Below, piece after piece: positions 13,605-27,300 of a stretch of 64,000 nucleotides of DNA. The notes under the pieces are model-generated. The model had not been told where the DNA came from. It did not search any database and was given only the letters and a program-made list of their open reading frames with translations. Position 1 is the first letter of the stretch; every line of letters starts with the position of its first letter. A program made the translations under genes and the position numbers. The DNA is from Octopus sinensis (Eukaryota), in contig NC_043025.1 in the NCBI RefSeq assembly GCF_006345805.1, positions 2,976,001 through 3,040,000 on the forward strand, read 5' to 3'.

Positions 13605-14723
13605 ATGTTGATAACAACATTAAAACAACAATAAGAGAAGTGGCAGAAAATGTAGGAGCTGAAGAAAAGAATGATGTAAAAAATAAGGAGGAAATGAAGG
13701 AGTCTGTCATGAAGAAAACTTAAATATAATATTTCTGATCTTATAATAATTCTGCTTGTCATTATGTTAATTAGTCCGTCATGATTAGAGAAGAAGAGGG
13801 AGAACAGAAAAGAGCGAAAAAGAAATGTCCATGACCTGAGGTAGAAGGAACGTGACTGTAATGCTTTCACGTTATTAGCTGAATGGAAGGAGAGACCAAG
13901 AGAAAGAAAAATGAATGAGAAAATGAAAGTAAGTCGAAGAGAGGGGAAGAAAGAGAGGGAGAAGGAGAAAAGGGGAGAGAAAAAATATTTATGACGTGTA
14001 GAAAAAGTTAGTTGAAGGTAGTGATATTGAGGAGGGTTAAAAATATAATTTTAGCAGAGCGGTGATGTTCTGATGGTGAGATTAAAGGAAGGCTGATACG
14101 TCGATAAATAGATAGATAGATAAACTGAGAAAATGAGAGAAGAGAGGTGAGAGACGGTGGTAGTGGTGGTAGTGGTGCTGATGTGTGCATAATGCAAAGT
14201 CACTTTTGAATTGAATTAAGTATTTTATATCCCCTATCACTTAACGCATGCTCATAAATGCAATTCTGTTAAATATTCATAATTATTTACAGTGTCATAT
14301 GTACCCGCACACACCCAGCGAACTTCCACCATGGGTCATCACAATTGCTTAAGGTAAAAATGAATTCCTCGCTCTTTCGGAAACATCAATCTTCTGTATT
14401 GACCGCTTTCCACCACTTTGATCTGTTTTTTGTATTGAATACGTATCGCCACCGTGGGCCACTGCATCGAACACTTTGAACATATACTTCAAACTATATA
14501 TCAACTATACATGAACTATATATCAACTATACATGAACTCTAAGATGTCTGACTCCGTTGTGTATTATAAATGAATTTCTTGTGTTTGACGGCATGAGCT
14601 GTCTCTTTTTATATATAACTTTTTTTGATAAGGTTCATTTCAGGAACTGAAACATGTTATAATGTATATATAAAAATTAAAAATTGTATAATACAGCAGC
14701 ATTTTCGAACTTCATTTTTTACA

Positions 14724-14817
<94 letters not shown>

Positions 14818-17800
14818 ACAGTTAAGAAATATACACATTATAATTAAAATATATATATTTCAATTAAAATCAAGGTGGACACACAGTAAATTCCATTTCT
14901 ACAAAATCCCGGTTGATGTAGATACTGCTTCTCATACATTCTGCCGTTGGTTGTGCTTCTGCTACGGCGAGATCGAAATTCGAAGTTTACGGTTATTTGA
15001 TCCTTGTTCCAAAGCTGTGCTTATGAAATAAGCAAATTACAAAACTTGACTGAACAATGGATAAAGGAGATTAGAAGCTACTCGTGAGAGGGTTAGGAAC
15101 TACAGTATTGCGGATAAGAGAAGAACGGCGGTAAGAAACAAGAGAAAGGGACAAATGGTACCAACAGATGAGAGGATCTGCTATAGATGAAGAGCAACGC
15201 AAGGCACAATTGTAGTGAGAGAGAATGCAAGACAAAGGTAGAAGACAGGATGAGGAAGAACGAACTCAGTACAAGGAACAACAAAGATTGATATTTCAGC
15301 GGAGAATGGAAATCATGAATGATATGCAGCGTCCGCAGTATCAGGACCAACAGAAAAGCGTAATGTAACAGAGAAGGGAGAATATGGATGATTTGGAAAG
15401 GGCTGCTTGTCTCCAAGGTCAAACAGAGAGACATCAAGATGGAGTTGCAAGTATGAATGCTGAACAGGCGTTACGTTTGCGAGGTGAACAGGTGTAACGA
15501 AAGCGTGAGGGAAGACATGGACTACCACTGAACAGACACAATAATCCTAAACGAACTTATCGTATTGGTGATATGTACTTATATTGCGAGTATTGTGGAG
15601 CACTGAACTTTAAATATGAAAACTTCATGTTCTGTCACAATAATAAAGTGAATTTTCCTCCACTGCAACTAAACCCTCAGATATTGAAGCGTTTGTCTGA
15701 GAAAATTACCAAGAGTCTGCTTCATTTCGAAAAAAACATCAGCAATTACAACTGCATATCTTCCTTTACGTCATTTGGTGTGAAACTCTCTGTGGCGCAA
15801 GGAAGAGGTCTACATTGTTTCTGTATTGTTGTGGAAGGATTTCGACCACCTTCCAATTGACTAAAAGGGAACTGACACATTCCTATTAAATAGACAACTG
15901 TCGAGTCTTCAGCAATTATTTGGTAAATAGTTCACTGTGAGCCATTGACAGAGAACGTTGGGTAATCGATTCGCGTCGTGTAAACACTTTCTTTCCCCCT
16001 GATTCCTTAAATCATACGTTCCAAACCAGGGTATAAAAGTGGCGCACAGTTCTTCGAAGTTTGCATTGGACATTTAAATTTGTTTGGGATGGGTATGAAA
16101 CCAAAGAATATTCGTTTAAGATAGAAGGCTTATTGGCGTCTGTGGTGCAGTTGCAACAGCAACAATAGTAACAACAACAAGAGCAACTACAACAGCGACA
16201 ACAACAAAACCAATAGTTGCTGGAATTTATGTTAAAGAAGTCTAAAAATACTTCAGGTGCGAACTTACTAGACAGCGTAGCAATCTCTATTGAAGTATTC
16301 AGTTATAATCCAGAAAATGGGATTACCTTCTCTGCATATTTTCGAAGATACGAGGAAATTTTCAAGACGAATTTAAAAATTGATCTGAGAGGAAAAATAG
16401 TACGACTACTTGTAAGAAAGGTATCCCTTGCCGAATACAAAAAATATAGTAATTATATTCTGCCGAAGAAGCCAGGTGAGATTTGTTTCAATAAAAACAA
16501 TTAACACTTTATCAAATGATTTAGAACTGGACAAAAATTAACTCTCCAGACACTAAAGGAATGCCAGGGGACACGATGCAGAAAAAAATGAAAAAAAAGA
16601 TTCATCGCATATTCCAGTGTCTCCACCGTAACGGATAAGAAATAAGACAAAAAATGTCAAGATCGAATCCATGTTGTGGTCTACATTTTTAAAGTAATTG
16701 CCCGTTTAAAAATATAAAAGGCGTCAAATGTGGCAAGAGAGATCATAAAAAATCACACTGTGGAACAAACCTGGAAAACAGTTCAACAGAAAGAAAACAC
16801 GAAAACAGGTTATCGGGGACCAAAAACCGAACAGCCTCAAAGGAAATTTGTGTACGTAAAGTTGCAACCAGATAAGGGCAGTGATATCTCGATAATTAAC
16901 ACAGATACATAAAAAAAACAGAAGACCTAGATTAAAAGACGTTTCGAAAATTGTAGGTGGTATTTCAGGAAAATAATTACATTTTAATGGTGTAATGATA
17001 AATCACCTTCCATTTCGTGGGAAAACCTTAAAAACCAAAATTATTCGGAACACTGAATAGAATTGTTTAACTTATGGGAACTCCCCATAAATCTTTTCAG
17101 TAAAAATGTGAATGGTTTTCTTGCCAATACAAATAAATCGTCGACTATTTGTAGAAATAATTTTAAAAGATTTTTCCTGAAGTTCTCTCTGATAAATTAG
17201 ATCTCAGCATCAAAACGAAAACGAAGTTCCAAGTAAAAGTAAATGCCAAACCGGTATTTAAATATAAACGAACTGTAACTTTTGCATCGTTGGAACAGAT
17301 AAGCTTTTGCAGCGTTAGAAACAAATAAACAAAATCAGAGTGTATGCTGATTTTTTCCACTGGTTTAAATGAGTGTCTTAAAACGTTCCACTATCCGCTA
17401 CCTACCCTGGGGGATATATTTGCAAAATTAGACGGTGGCAAGATATTTTCTTAATGGGATCTCTCTGACGCGTACCTACATATTAGAGTAGACGTGAATG
17501 CTATAAATACCTAAAAATTAACGCACATATATATATACAACATGTTATTATATGTCTTTAATATAACGCCGGTGATTTTTCAACAGCTTAGGGATGCAGT
17601 GTTAGCGGATAGTGAATTTGCATTTCCTTATCTGGATGATATACTCATTAAAAGCGAATCACGGGATCGACATGTAGAGCACGTAATTTATATGTTCGAA
17701 AAAATTAGGGATTATATTGAAAAAGAAAGTGTGAATTTTTTTCTAACCGAAAATAAAATTGGACAAACAATTGAAAGAAATGGACGAGGACCAGATCCGT

Positions 17801-20800
17801 TGAAGGCAGACGCAATTAAATACATGCCCCCTCAGACAAACACAACGACCTTACATGATTGCTTTGGAGACAGGCAAATTATTACCAAAATTATATTCTA
17901 AATATGCATAGGGTAAGTGTTACAGGAGATTATGTATTTAAAAAATGTCAATTGAAATTACTCTGAAAATTGTCAAAGGGTATTCGACGAAATTTTAAAA
18001 TATTAACATCTGATTTGTTGTTAGCACGCTTCGAATCTGTAGCGGAGAATGTTGTAACTTCAGATGCCTCTGAATACTGAATCGGCGCAGTAATGCTACA
18101 TGAATAAAAAGATGGCAACATGAAGGCGGTGGTTCATGATATCAGCAGAAAAAAATTACAGCCAAATCATAAAAGAGGCTCTTGTGATTATTTATGCCGT
18201 AAAAAATTGTATAGATTTTTACACGGCAGAAGTTTTTGAATACAGACAGATCATCGTCCGTTATTTTCAGTATATGATTCAAAGAAATAAATATCTAGCC
18301 GTACTGCTAATAGGCTGCAACGCTGGGGTACTGTATTATTAAGCTATGAATTTAAGATAGAGTATATACCATCTAAATAATTAGGACATGCTAATTGTTT
18401 ATCAAGACCGATTTCAGAAAATGCTGAACCATTTGAAGATACTGTGATTGCTACTTTGCTAGCGGAAAATGAAATTAAAAGCAAACTGTATAACTCCATG
18501 CGTGAACTGCTATTTACGTTACAAGACATAAAATTACAATTGGGAAACGATATATTTATTAAAAAATGACAGAAATGCTGAAGGCTAAAAGAGATAAAAA
18601 ATACGCGCAACACAAATTCGAGCCTATCACAAGGTGTGACACTGTGTTGATGTATGCACAAAGAGTCGTAGTGCCAGCCACACTACAAAAGCAATTACTA
18701 AAGGAATTTCATATTGAGTCAAAGGGATTTCGATAATGAAATCGTTAATGAGAATTTAGGTATACTGGCCAACAACGGACTGTAACATTGAAGATATAGT
18801 GATAGCATGCAATACGCTATTCTCTAGCTCCAAATACACCCGTCACAAAATGGCATCCGTGGCCAAAAACACTTAATTTGTGGGGGACAGTTTTTCAACG
18901 TGATCTGAAGTGCATAAATGTAGAAAGCCGACATCTCTGGTTACAGAGATATTTGATGTTTGTTAGAAAGATCAGATCCATCTTTGATCAGCCGATACCG
19001 AGTGAAAATATAAAAAAACAACGAAAAATATTTCAAAATTCTTCAACTTAGGTGACAAAGTTTATTAAAGACCTATAGATATAGTAAAGAAGGCTGGGAG
19101 GATGGTACAATTGTTAAGTAAATTGCAAGAATGATATTCCTGGTAAAAGGTAAAACAAATATCGAACATAAAAGACTTATTAACCAACTTAAAACTTGAT
19201 TCAAGGAAAAATCAGACAAAAGAAGTGAATTTCTCATGAAAGTATTGCACGACACGTTTGAGGTACCAACACAGAAACAATTTGTAATTACACGTTCTAG
19301 CACCAGAAAACGAAAAGAACGGAATCACAAGAATTGAGCCCTAAGCATAAGAGATATTAAAACTCTGAGCGACTTTAATTCTCAAGTGGAGAATTTAGGG
19401 GAGACTAATTCTATAAAGGGGATATGCTGTGGAAAGATTCTGACAACCTTCCAAGTGACTAAAAGTGGTCTGACACATTTCCATTATATGGAGAACTGTC
19501 TAGTCGTAAGCAATTGATTGTGAACAATTGATTGGTAAGCATTTCCCTATGATCCGTTGGCAGAGAGCGTCGAGTCTCATGTAATAGTAATCGTATTGCG
19601 TCGTGTAAACAGCTTCGTTAAATCATATAACCAATACCAGGATATAGAACGTATTCAGGGCCAAACTTAGCACAACACTACGAACTGTCAATGGTCGCCT
19701 GCAGTACAGTTAGTTGTATATGATTAATGCATCACACAGTGGAAGCAAGTCAGAACAACCAAAGCTCTTCTGAAAGGATGGGTGTCATGTGCAACAAGTA
19801 AATCCTTATGCTGAGTTATATGGGAACATGCACTTAATTGAACAACAAGAGATTGGAGGTGCCAGGAGTGAAAGTGTACAATTACGAAAGTGTGAAATAC
19901 GTTTCAAAAGAACGGGTTATATAAGGCGCTACAATTTTTCCCCTTGCAATGAAATAACTGCACCCTGAAAACCCTAATTGCCATGAGAGAGAAAATAATC
20001 TGCAGCGAAATAAGACTTTTGTAAACCGCTACAATTTTGAATTGGATGACACACATGTATTTGGTGTAAGAGTAACTCATGTACGTGTCATCGAGTTTCA
20101 AAAGAGAGGACTTCCACACTGCCATATGCTCGTAGACAAAGTGAAAATCAGAGATGATATAGAAAGAATGGTACCAGCAGAAATTTCTGATTCAAATGAT
20201 TTTGCATGATTTAGTTTTAAAAAATTCATGATGCTTAGACGTTGTGGTGTTGATAACCCCTCCTCGCAATACATGGGGAATGGCTCTTGCCAAACAAAGT
20301 TTCCCAAGAACAAGAGAAATAAGACACTACTAAATATTAATGGATATCCAGAATACAGGAGGCACAATAAAGGGATCACATCACAAGTTGGATGTCATTC
20401 TGTTGACAACTGGTATGTCGTTCCATTCTATGCTTACATATTAAAGAAATTCCGAGCCCATATTAATGTAGAAGTTTGCTCCTCTGTAAAAGTGTCAAGT
20501 ATATATGCAAGTATGTCTACAACGATCGTGATAGCGCTTCAGTTGAAGTAAGGAATGAGGCAGTTGCAGAAGGTGGCCAGACTCAGCAACCCCAAGGTTA
20601 AATCAGAAATTATTTTCCGTGTTGATATGTTTCACATTCTGAAGCCATGTGGAGAATATCTAAGTACAAGCTGCATGACTCGTAACACACTGTCTACAGA
20701 TTAGCAGTTCACTTTGAAGACCAGCGGAGACTGAGCTTTCACAGAGGTAGCACTTAACAACCTGATCAAGAACAGAGAGATCGTGACAATACTCTCACTG

Positions 20801-21455
20801 CATGGTTCAAACTGAATGAGCACGATTAACGGAAGTACTTGTACCCTAACATTCCTAAAAGTTATGTGTTTAATGAACGTACAAAAACTATGAACACTCA
20901 GGAGAAGAAACATATATTTATATATATATATAATTATATGTTCAGCAAAAATTGGCTGATGAATACTCAACATCTTTAATCTATTGTAATACTTACAACA
21001 TTTAATAAAATGATGTAGTACGAAACGATCGTACCAAATTACCGGAGTCATTCTTGGTGCTTATTTTGAGTATATATAATTATATATATTTTATAATTAT
21101 ATATATTTTTGCCTGAGTAATCGTTTTCCTCTCCTCCCTGTTTTCTTCTTTCTCTTCTACTACTTTCTTTTCCCTCTAAGCAGTTATGAAAGCGAAAGCT
21201 CATTAGGTCACTTTATCTAAAGAGGAACGCAAGAGTTCCACGTTCATATTTGAATCTTTTGCATGTCTGCAGTCTTATTTGTATTTTATTCGTCCTCCAA
21301 CTAGATGGCAATATAATAACATGCGAGATGACACTCAAAATCTTTACTGACACTCAACTTTATCGATGTGCCTGATGGGATCCAGACTGATCGATGCAGC
21401 ACAACACGTTGAACCGAGTCCCACACATAAAGGACAATAGCAAGACGCGTCTTGT

Positions 21456-21497
<42 letters not shown>

Positions 21498-24279
21498 TTC
21501 AGCAAACAATTTAGATTCAAATGAATATGGTATTAATTTAGATGCACCAGAATTTTTTATGGTATTACCCATAAAATTATGTGGGATGATTATAATCAAA
21601 AATAATCAAAAAATAAGCAACAAGAATGGATCCGGTGATTTAGTACAATTGTTTCAGACTATAACATTTTATTAAATCTGTAAATATTACAGCAGATATA
21701 ATATGTCAAGTAATCTTCAGCTAATTTCATATAGGCTTTCCAATAATATAAAATTCTCAAATCAATTAGTAACATCCTAGAGAATGTAAATATACAGATA
21801 AATATGAAGAAATGAATTTCAGGAACATGAGATAATATTGTTAGGATGCCAAACAGACCAAAATTAAGTTCACAACTAACTGCTATAAGAAAAATGTCCT
21901 TAGTTATAAGAATGATTGTAAGGACAGGTTAAGGAATCAAGTTAGTTGAAGAAAAGAAGGGGAAAATTTAGGAGATGTAAAAGACAAAACAGATTGACAC
22001 TAGAATAAAGGGTCAAACTATTTATGTTGTGACAGAAGATTTAGGTCAATGTGGAAGGAGCACGAAATTCCTAAGAGACTGTGAAGCTGACCAGACCTTA
22101 CTTTCAAATGAAAGCCATCAGAATTTTTCGTATGAATTTAGGGAAGGGAATATAAGAAAAGCTAAAAAAGGTTTAAGTTAGTAGCAGAGAAAAATACATT
22201 AAGGAAATCAAGGTTATCACAAGAATAGAAGGCTATTTATTTTTATTTTTATTTTTATATGGTGAGAAAAAATCTAGGTCAATATTCAGAGGTCAATTAA
22301 ATTATTTAGCAAAGGGTAGGGGAACAGCACTTATTCTAATTTATTGTAGATATCGAAATTTATAACTTGGGGAATAGTATTAAATGTTAAAATTAGAATA
22401 GAATTGGGAAAATATGCAATTTCATGATTAAAGTAAGATTAATTTAGTTGACTATAAAAGTCAATTAGAGATTGGTATAGTATATCTCATATTATTATTA
22501 TATTAAAAAGATACAGTTATAAAAAGTAGGAAAACCTTAAAATTCCTATTTAAAATATTTGAAAGTTCTAATTGTTGAATGAATGCAGGACCGACCTAAC
22601 TCTAGACGATTATTTAGTAGATTTTTATTACTTCGATACTTTAAAATTTCGTAGGTTTCCATAGAACAGAGTTGGCAGCCTACTCTATTATTTCTATAAG
22701 GTTTTGCCCTCCTAACTATTTCCCATTTTAGGCTGTGTTCTATGTTATTAGTTTTAAGTTTCCAAATTTTGCTAGATAGTGTAGTGCAACCTGCCTTATG
22801 TAACAAACGGAAAGAGGAGAGATGATTTCTAATCCTCTATTTAAAATTAATGGAACAACCAATATAAAAGAAGTTACTGTTAGAAGTTATTATAGAACAT
22901 TTATAGATTACATTTTGGACCGAACAACGACCAGATGCCGGACAATTTCATCTAATCTTACAATTGAAACTGGGTGTATAATTTTCAGATTTAGAATTAT
23001 TTAAGGACGGTTCTCTCACATTAGTGTTATTTAAATTATTATAAGTATTATTTTCATTATTAGTGGTCATATGGTTATCAAAAGTGGGGTTACTATTTAC
23101 TGATCCATTTACACTAACATTCACATCTAACATACCAATACCTTTATTACCTACATTATTGGTATTGCTATTATTATTATTAATACAACCTCTTGTAATT
23201 TTAGAGTTAAAAATAACTCATATCAATGAAGCAGCATCTCAAAAAAAGTGAGAATGAATATATTTCTATACGTTCGTTTCTTTTCTTGAAGTGTATATAT
23301 ATTTTTCTAACGAACTCTGCATAAATATGTATTTCATAATATACTCAGCTATAGACACGAATACAAACACATATTCTCATTCAATCGTACACTCTTACAC
23401 AAAATATTAGACATTTATGCAGACGCATACACACACAAACAATTACAGAGACTTTCATACACACTCCAACACGAATATGGTAGCGGAATATACGTTAGAG
23501 ATACACAGAGGAAAAGAAAGATGAGAACATATGAAATGCCCAGGAAAATTTCGTAAAAAAAATATCAAAAAACTTAGGCAACTTACAATCTCTTTAAACT
23601 TGGAAGATTTTGAAAGGATCCTTGTGGGATGGTTGTGATCTGATTAGACCAGAGTATTCTGAAACATAAAACACGGTCAGAAGAAAAAGTATTAAAAACA
23701 TTTCTGATAAAATATTAAATAATCTTGTATCTTTAGAATCATATTAAGAAAAAAAGGACGATAAAGGAGAAAATGGCCGCGATGATCCTGATAAGAGGAA
23801 GGAGGATTGCGAGGTTGACGGTAAATGTTGTAATAAGGACGGTGAGGAGGATTCGGGGGATAATGATGATGATTATTATCGAGAACGATAAGAATGGCTT
23901 CGATGAATTGGTGATGACGACGTTGATTATTGCGATGTTCATAACGAAGGTGATGACGATCTTATAATAATTCTGCTTGTCATTATGTTAATTAGTCCGT
24001 CGGTAACGCTTTCTCGTGATTAGAGAAAAAGAGGGAAAGTGAAGTGTCCATGATATGAGGTTGAAGGAACGTAACTGTAACGCTTTCACGTGATAGGTGA
24101 ATGCAAAGAGAGACCAAGAGAAAGAAAAAGGAGAGAGAAAAAGAGGAAGAGGGCATGTGGTAGGGAGAACGTAATATTTATTACACGATAAAAAACTTAG
24201 TTGAATGTAGTGATATTGAGGAGGACTAGGAATATAATTTAGGTAGAGGGGTGACGTTCTGATGGTGAGATTAAAGAAA

Positions 24280-24362
<83 letters not shown>

Positions 24363-27300
24363 CAGTAGAAAAAAAGGGAGGCTAAGAGAGATGTTGGGTG
24401 TGGTGGTAGTAAGTATTTTATATCCCCTATCACCTGACGCATGATCAGAAATGCAATTCCATGAAATATTCACACTTATATACAGTGTCATATGTACGAC
24501 GTATATATATATTACAATTAAATATATATTATAATGAAAGTACCAGGAGTGTAAATGTACAATTGCGAAAGAGTGAACTACACTTCAGAAGAAGGGATTA
24601 TATAAGGCGTTACAATTTTTCCACAAGCAATGAAAAAGCTGCACCGCGAAAACAGAGACATTCTTCTCTCTCCATGGAATACACCTGCGGAGTGAATCGT
24701 GTAGACATTGTGCCATCTAGTCCCATTGAGTTATCCACTTCTAATCCCTCATGGAAAGTCCGGATGGCACTGTGAGATTCTACACGTGGCTAAACGCAGA
24801 ACATCCGCTCGCAGACTACTCACGATGTAATTTAGGGTTGTGATTGCAGTACCTTGGGGACCATCAGGCCCAGTTGCTCGTAGAGCAGTACAGTTGACTT
24901 ATGGACTCCTGCAGAGAGGAGTTGATGAGAATGTTGAGCCAAGAGCTGTCCTCGGAGTATGCATTAATATAATTAGGATGCAATGCCGATTGCATCAGAG
25001 TATGGTAAACCTGACTTAATTGTCACATATACATCCAACCAAGTGCCATGAAATAGAAAATAATATGCAGCGAAATGGAACACCAGGAAACCGACCTGAT
25101 TTGGTTGCAAGAGTGTACAAGTTGTATCTCACTGAACGTCTGAAGGATATAAAGGACAGACACGTATTAGATGTATCAATAGCTCATGCCCATGTCACCG
25201 AGTTTCAAAAGAGAAGGCTTCCACACTGCCATATGTTGGTAGACAAAGTGAAGATCAGAGATGATTTAGTTAAGAAATTCATGATACATGGCCTTTGTAT
25301 GTAGAATGGGTATGGCCCCAAAGTGTTTCCCAAGAACTACAGAAATGAGATACTACTAAATAATAATGGATATCCATAGAACAGGAGGCGCAATAATGGG
25401 ATCGCAGCACAAGTTGAACTCCACTCTGTTGAAAACAGGTATGTCGTACCATACAATGCTTACCTATTAAAGCAATTCCGATCTCATATTAATAGAGAAG
25501 TTAGCTCCTCTGTAAAAATTGTCAAGTACATCTACAAATAAATCTACAAAGATCATAATAGCGATTCAATTGAAGTAAGGAATGATGCAATGGCAGAAAG
25601 CAAACAAATTCAGCAAAACCATGGCGAAATCAGAAGTTATTTTGCATGTCGATACGTTTCACCTCCTGAAGCCATGTGGAGAATATCTCAGTACAAGCTG
25701 CATGACTCCTCTCACACTGTTTACAGACTACTAGTTCCAATTGAAGACCGGGAGAGACTGTGCTTTCACAGAGGTAACACTCAGTAACCTACTCAAGAAC
25801 AGAGATCGATCGTGACAATACATTCAAACTGAATGAGCACGATGAAAATTAACGGAAATACTTGTGCCCTGACATTCCTTTACGTTATGTATTTGATGTA
25901 CGTACAAAATCATGAACACTCAGGAGAAGAAACAATAACATCGGCAGCAGATTGAACACAGTGAGTCCTAAGGACGTAGAAACATTTCATTTACGATTGC
26001 TATTTTGTATGTTCCAGGTACTAAGCGCTTTGAAGAAGTGAACACTGTAGGAGGTGAAATCTAAGCAAGATTTAAAGATGCGTACATATGACTTGGTCTT
26101 CTCCAAAATTATGTGATGTTGGAGCATGCCATACTTAAAGGTGCTGCATATAGGATGGCATTTCAGCCGCGTATCACATTCGCTGTCCTTTGCACCTATT
26201 CAAATCCTTCAAATGTCCTTCGACTGAGGAACACTCACAAGAATACCATAATGGGAGATTATGCTCAGCGAAGTTTGAATGCATACTCTACACTCTGTAA
26301 ATTCTATGCAAATTGAAAATGGCATTAGCTGCCTTAATATTGGCTTGTCTGAACCAGTTCGAGTGTAACGGGTAGGGCATAAATATGACATGAACCACCC
26401 CGGCATTGCAACCGTTACCGATGAACAGAGAGTGATCGCTGATGCAGTCATTGAAGACAGTTGATAAGAAAAGGTGAGGTGAGGTACTGGAATGTTCCTT
26501 TTTCTATGCAGATGTTCCTGGAGGTTGGGACAAGGCTTATATATTTAATACACTGATCTCACATCTACGAAGGAGAAACTATCAAGTGGTGCGTGCAGAG
26601 GCATAGCTTCAACATTGATGTCTGGTGGAAGGACGGTGCACAGTTTGCTCAAATTGCCCGTTCCTCTGTTGGAAACTAGCTTTTGCAGTGTACCACCCAT
26701 CTCTGACCAGAAATTATTTGAGAAATTTGTATTTGATCATTATAGATGAGGCTTCCATGATCCCTCGTTATGCTTTTCATGCTAATGACAAAGCTCTGAA
26801 AGATATCACTGGGAACAATGAAGGTTTTGGTTGAAAAGTTGTGCTTACTGGTAGAGACTTCAGGCAAGTTCTGCCAATATTGCCAAGAAGACCTCGTGAG
26901 GCAGTAATTCAGATCTCCATTAAGAACTCTCCTCTCTGGTTACACTTCAGACAATATAGGTTGAGCCAAAATAGATCAACGACAGATCGAAGAGAATTTG
27001 CAACATGGCCACTACACTTTGACAATGGCACGACAGCTCTTCTGCAAGATCCAAATGAGACAGTTGATGATGTAGAAGTGCTACATGATTCATGCTTTAA
27101 TGGATCCCTGATAAATGATGCTTTTTGGCAATGCCCCTCAAGAACAAAGAACATGTAGAGTGATCCTCTCACCAAAATTTCAGACTGCTTAAAGATAAAC
27201 GAAGGGGTTATGGATAAACTCCCAGATGACCAGTGCTTTTATTACAGCATGGATAAGGTCTTCACAGATGACCTGCTGAAGCTGAGCGATATCCACTGGA

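Noticed and set aside
22940-22960. In-frame TGA in the Penelope-like linker as selenocysteine
   Set aside because: The TGA is not at a conserved Cys position (NCKIR*NCP), and a TAG stop lies nearby in the same frame, so simple decay explains it.
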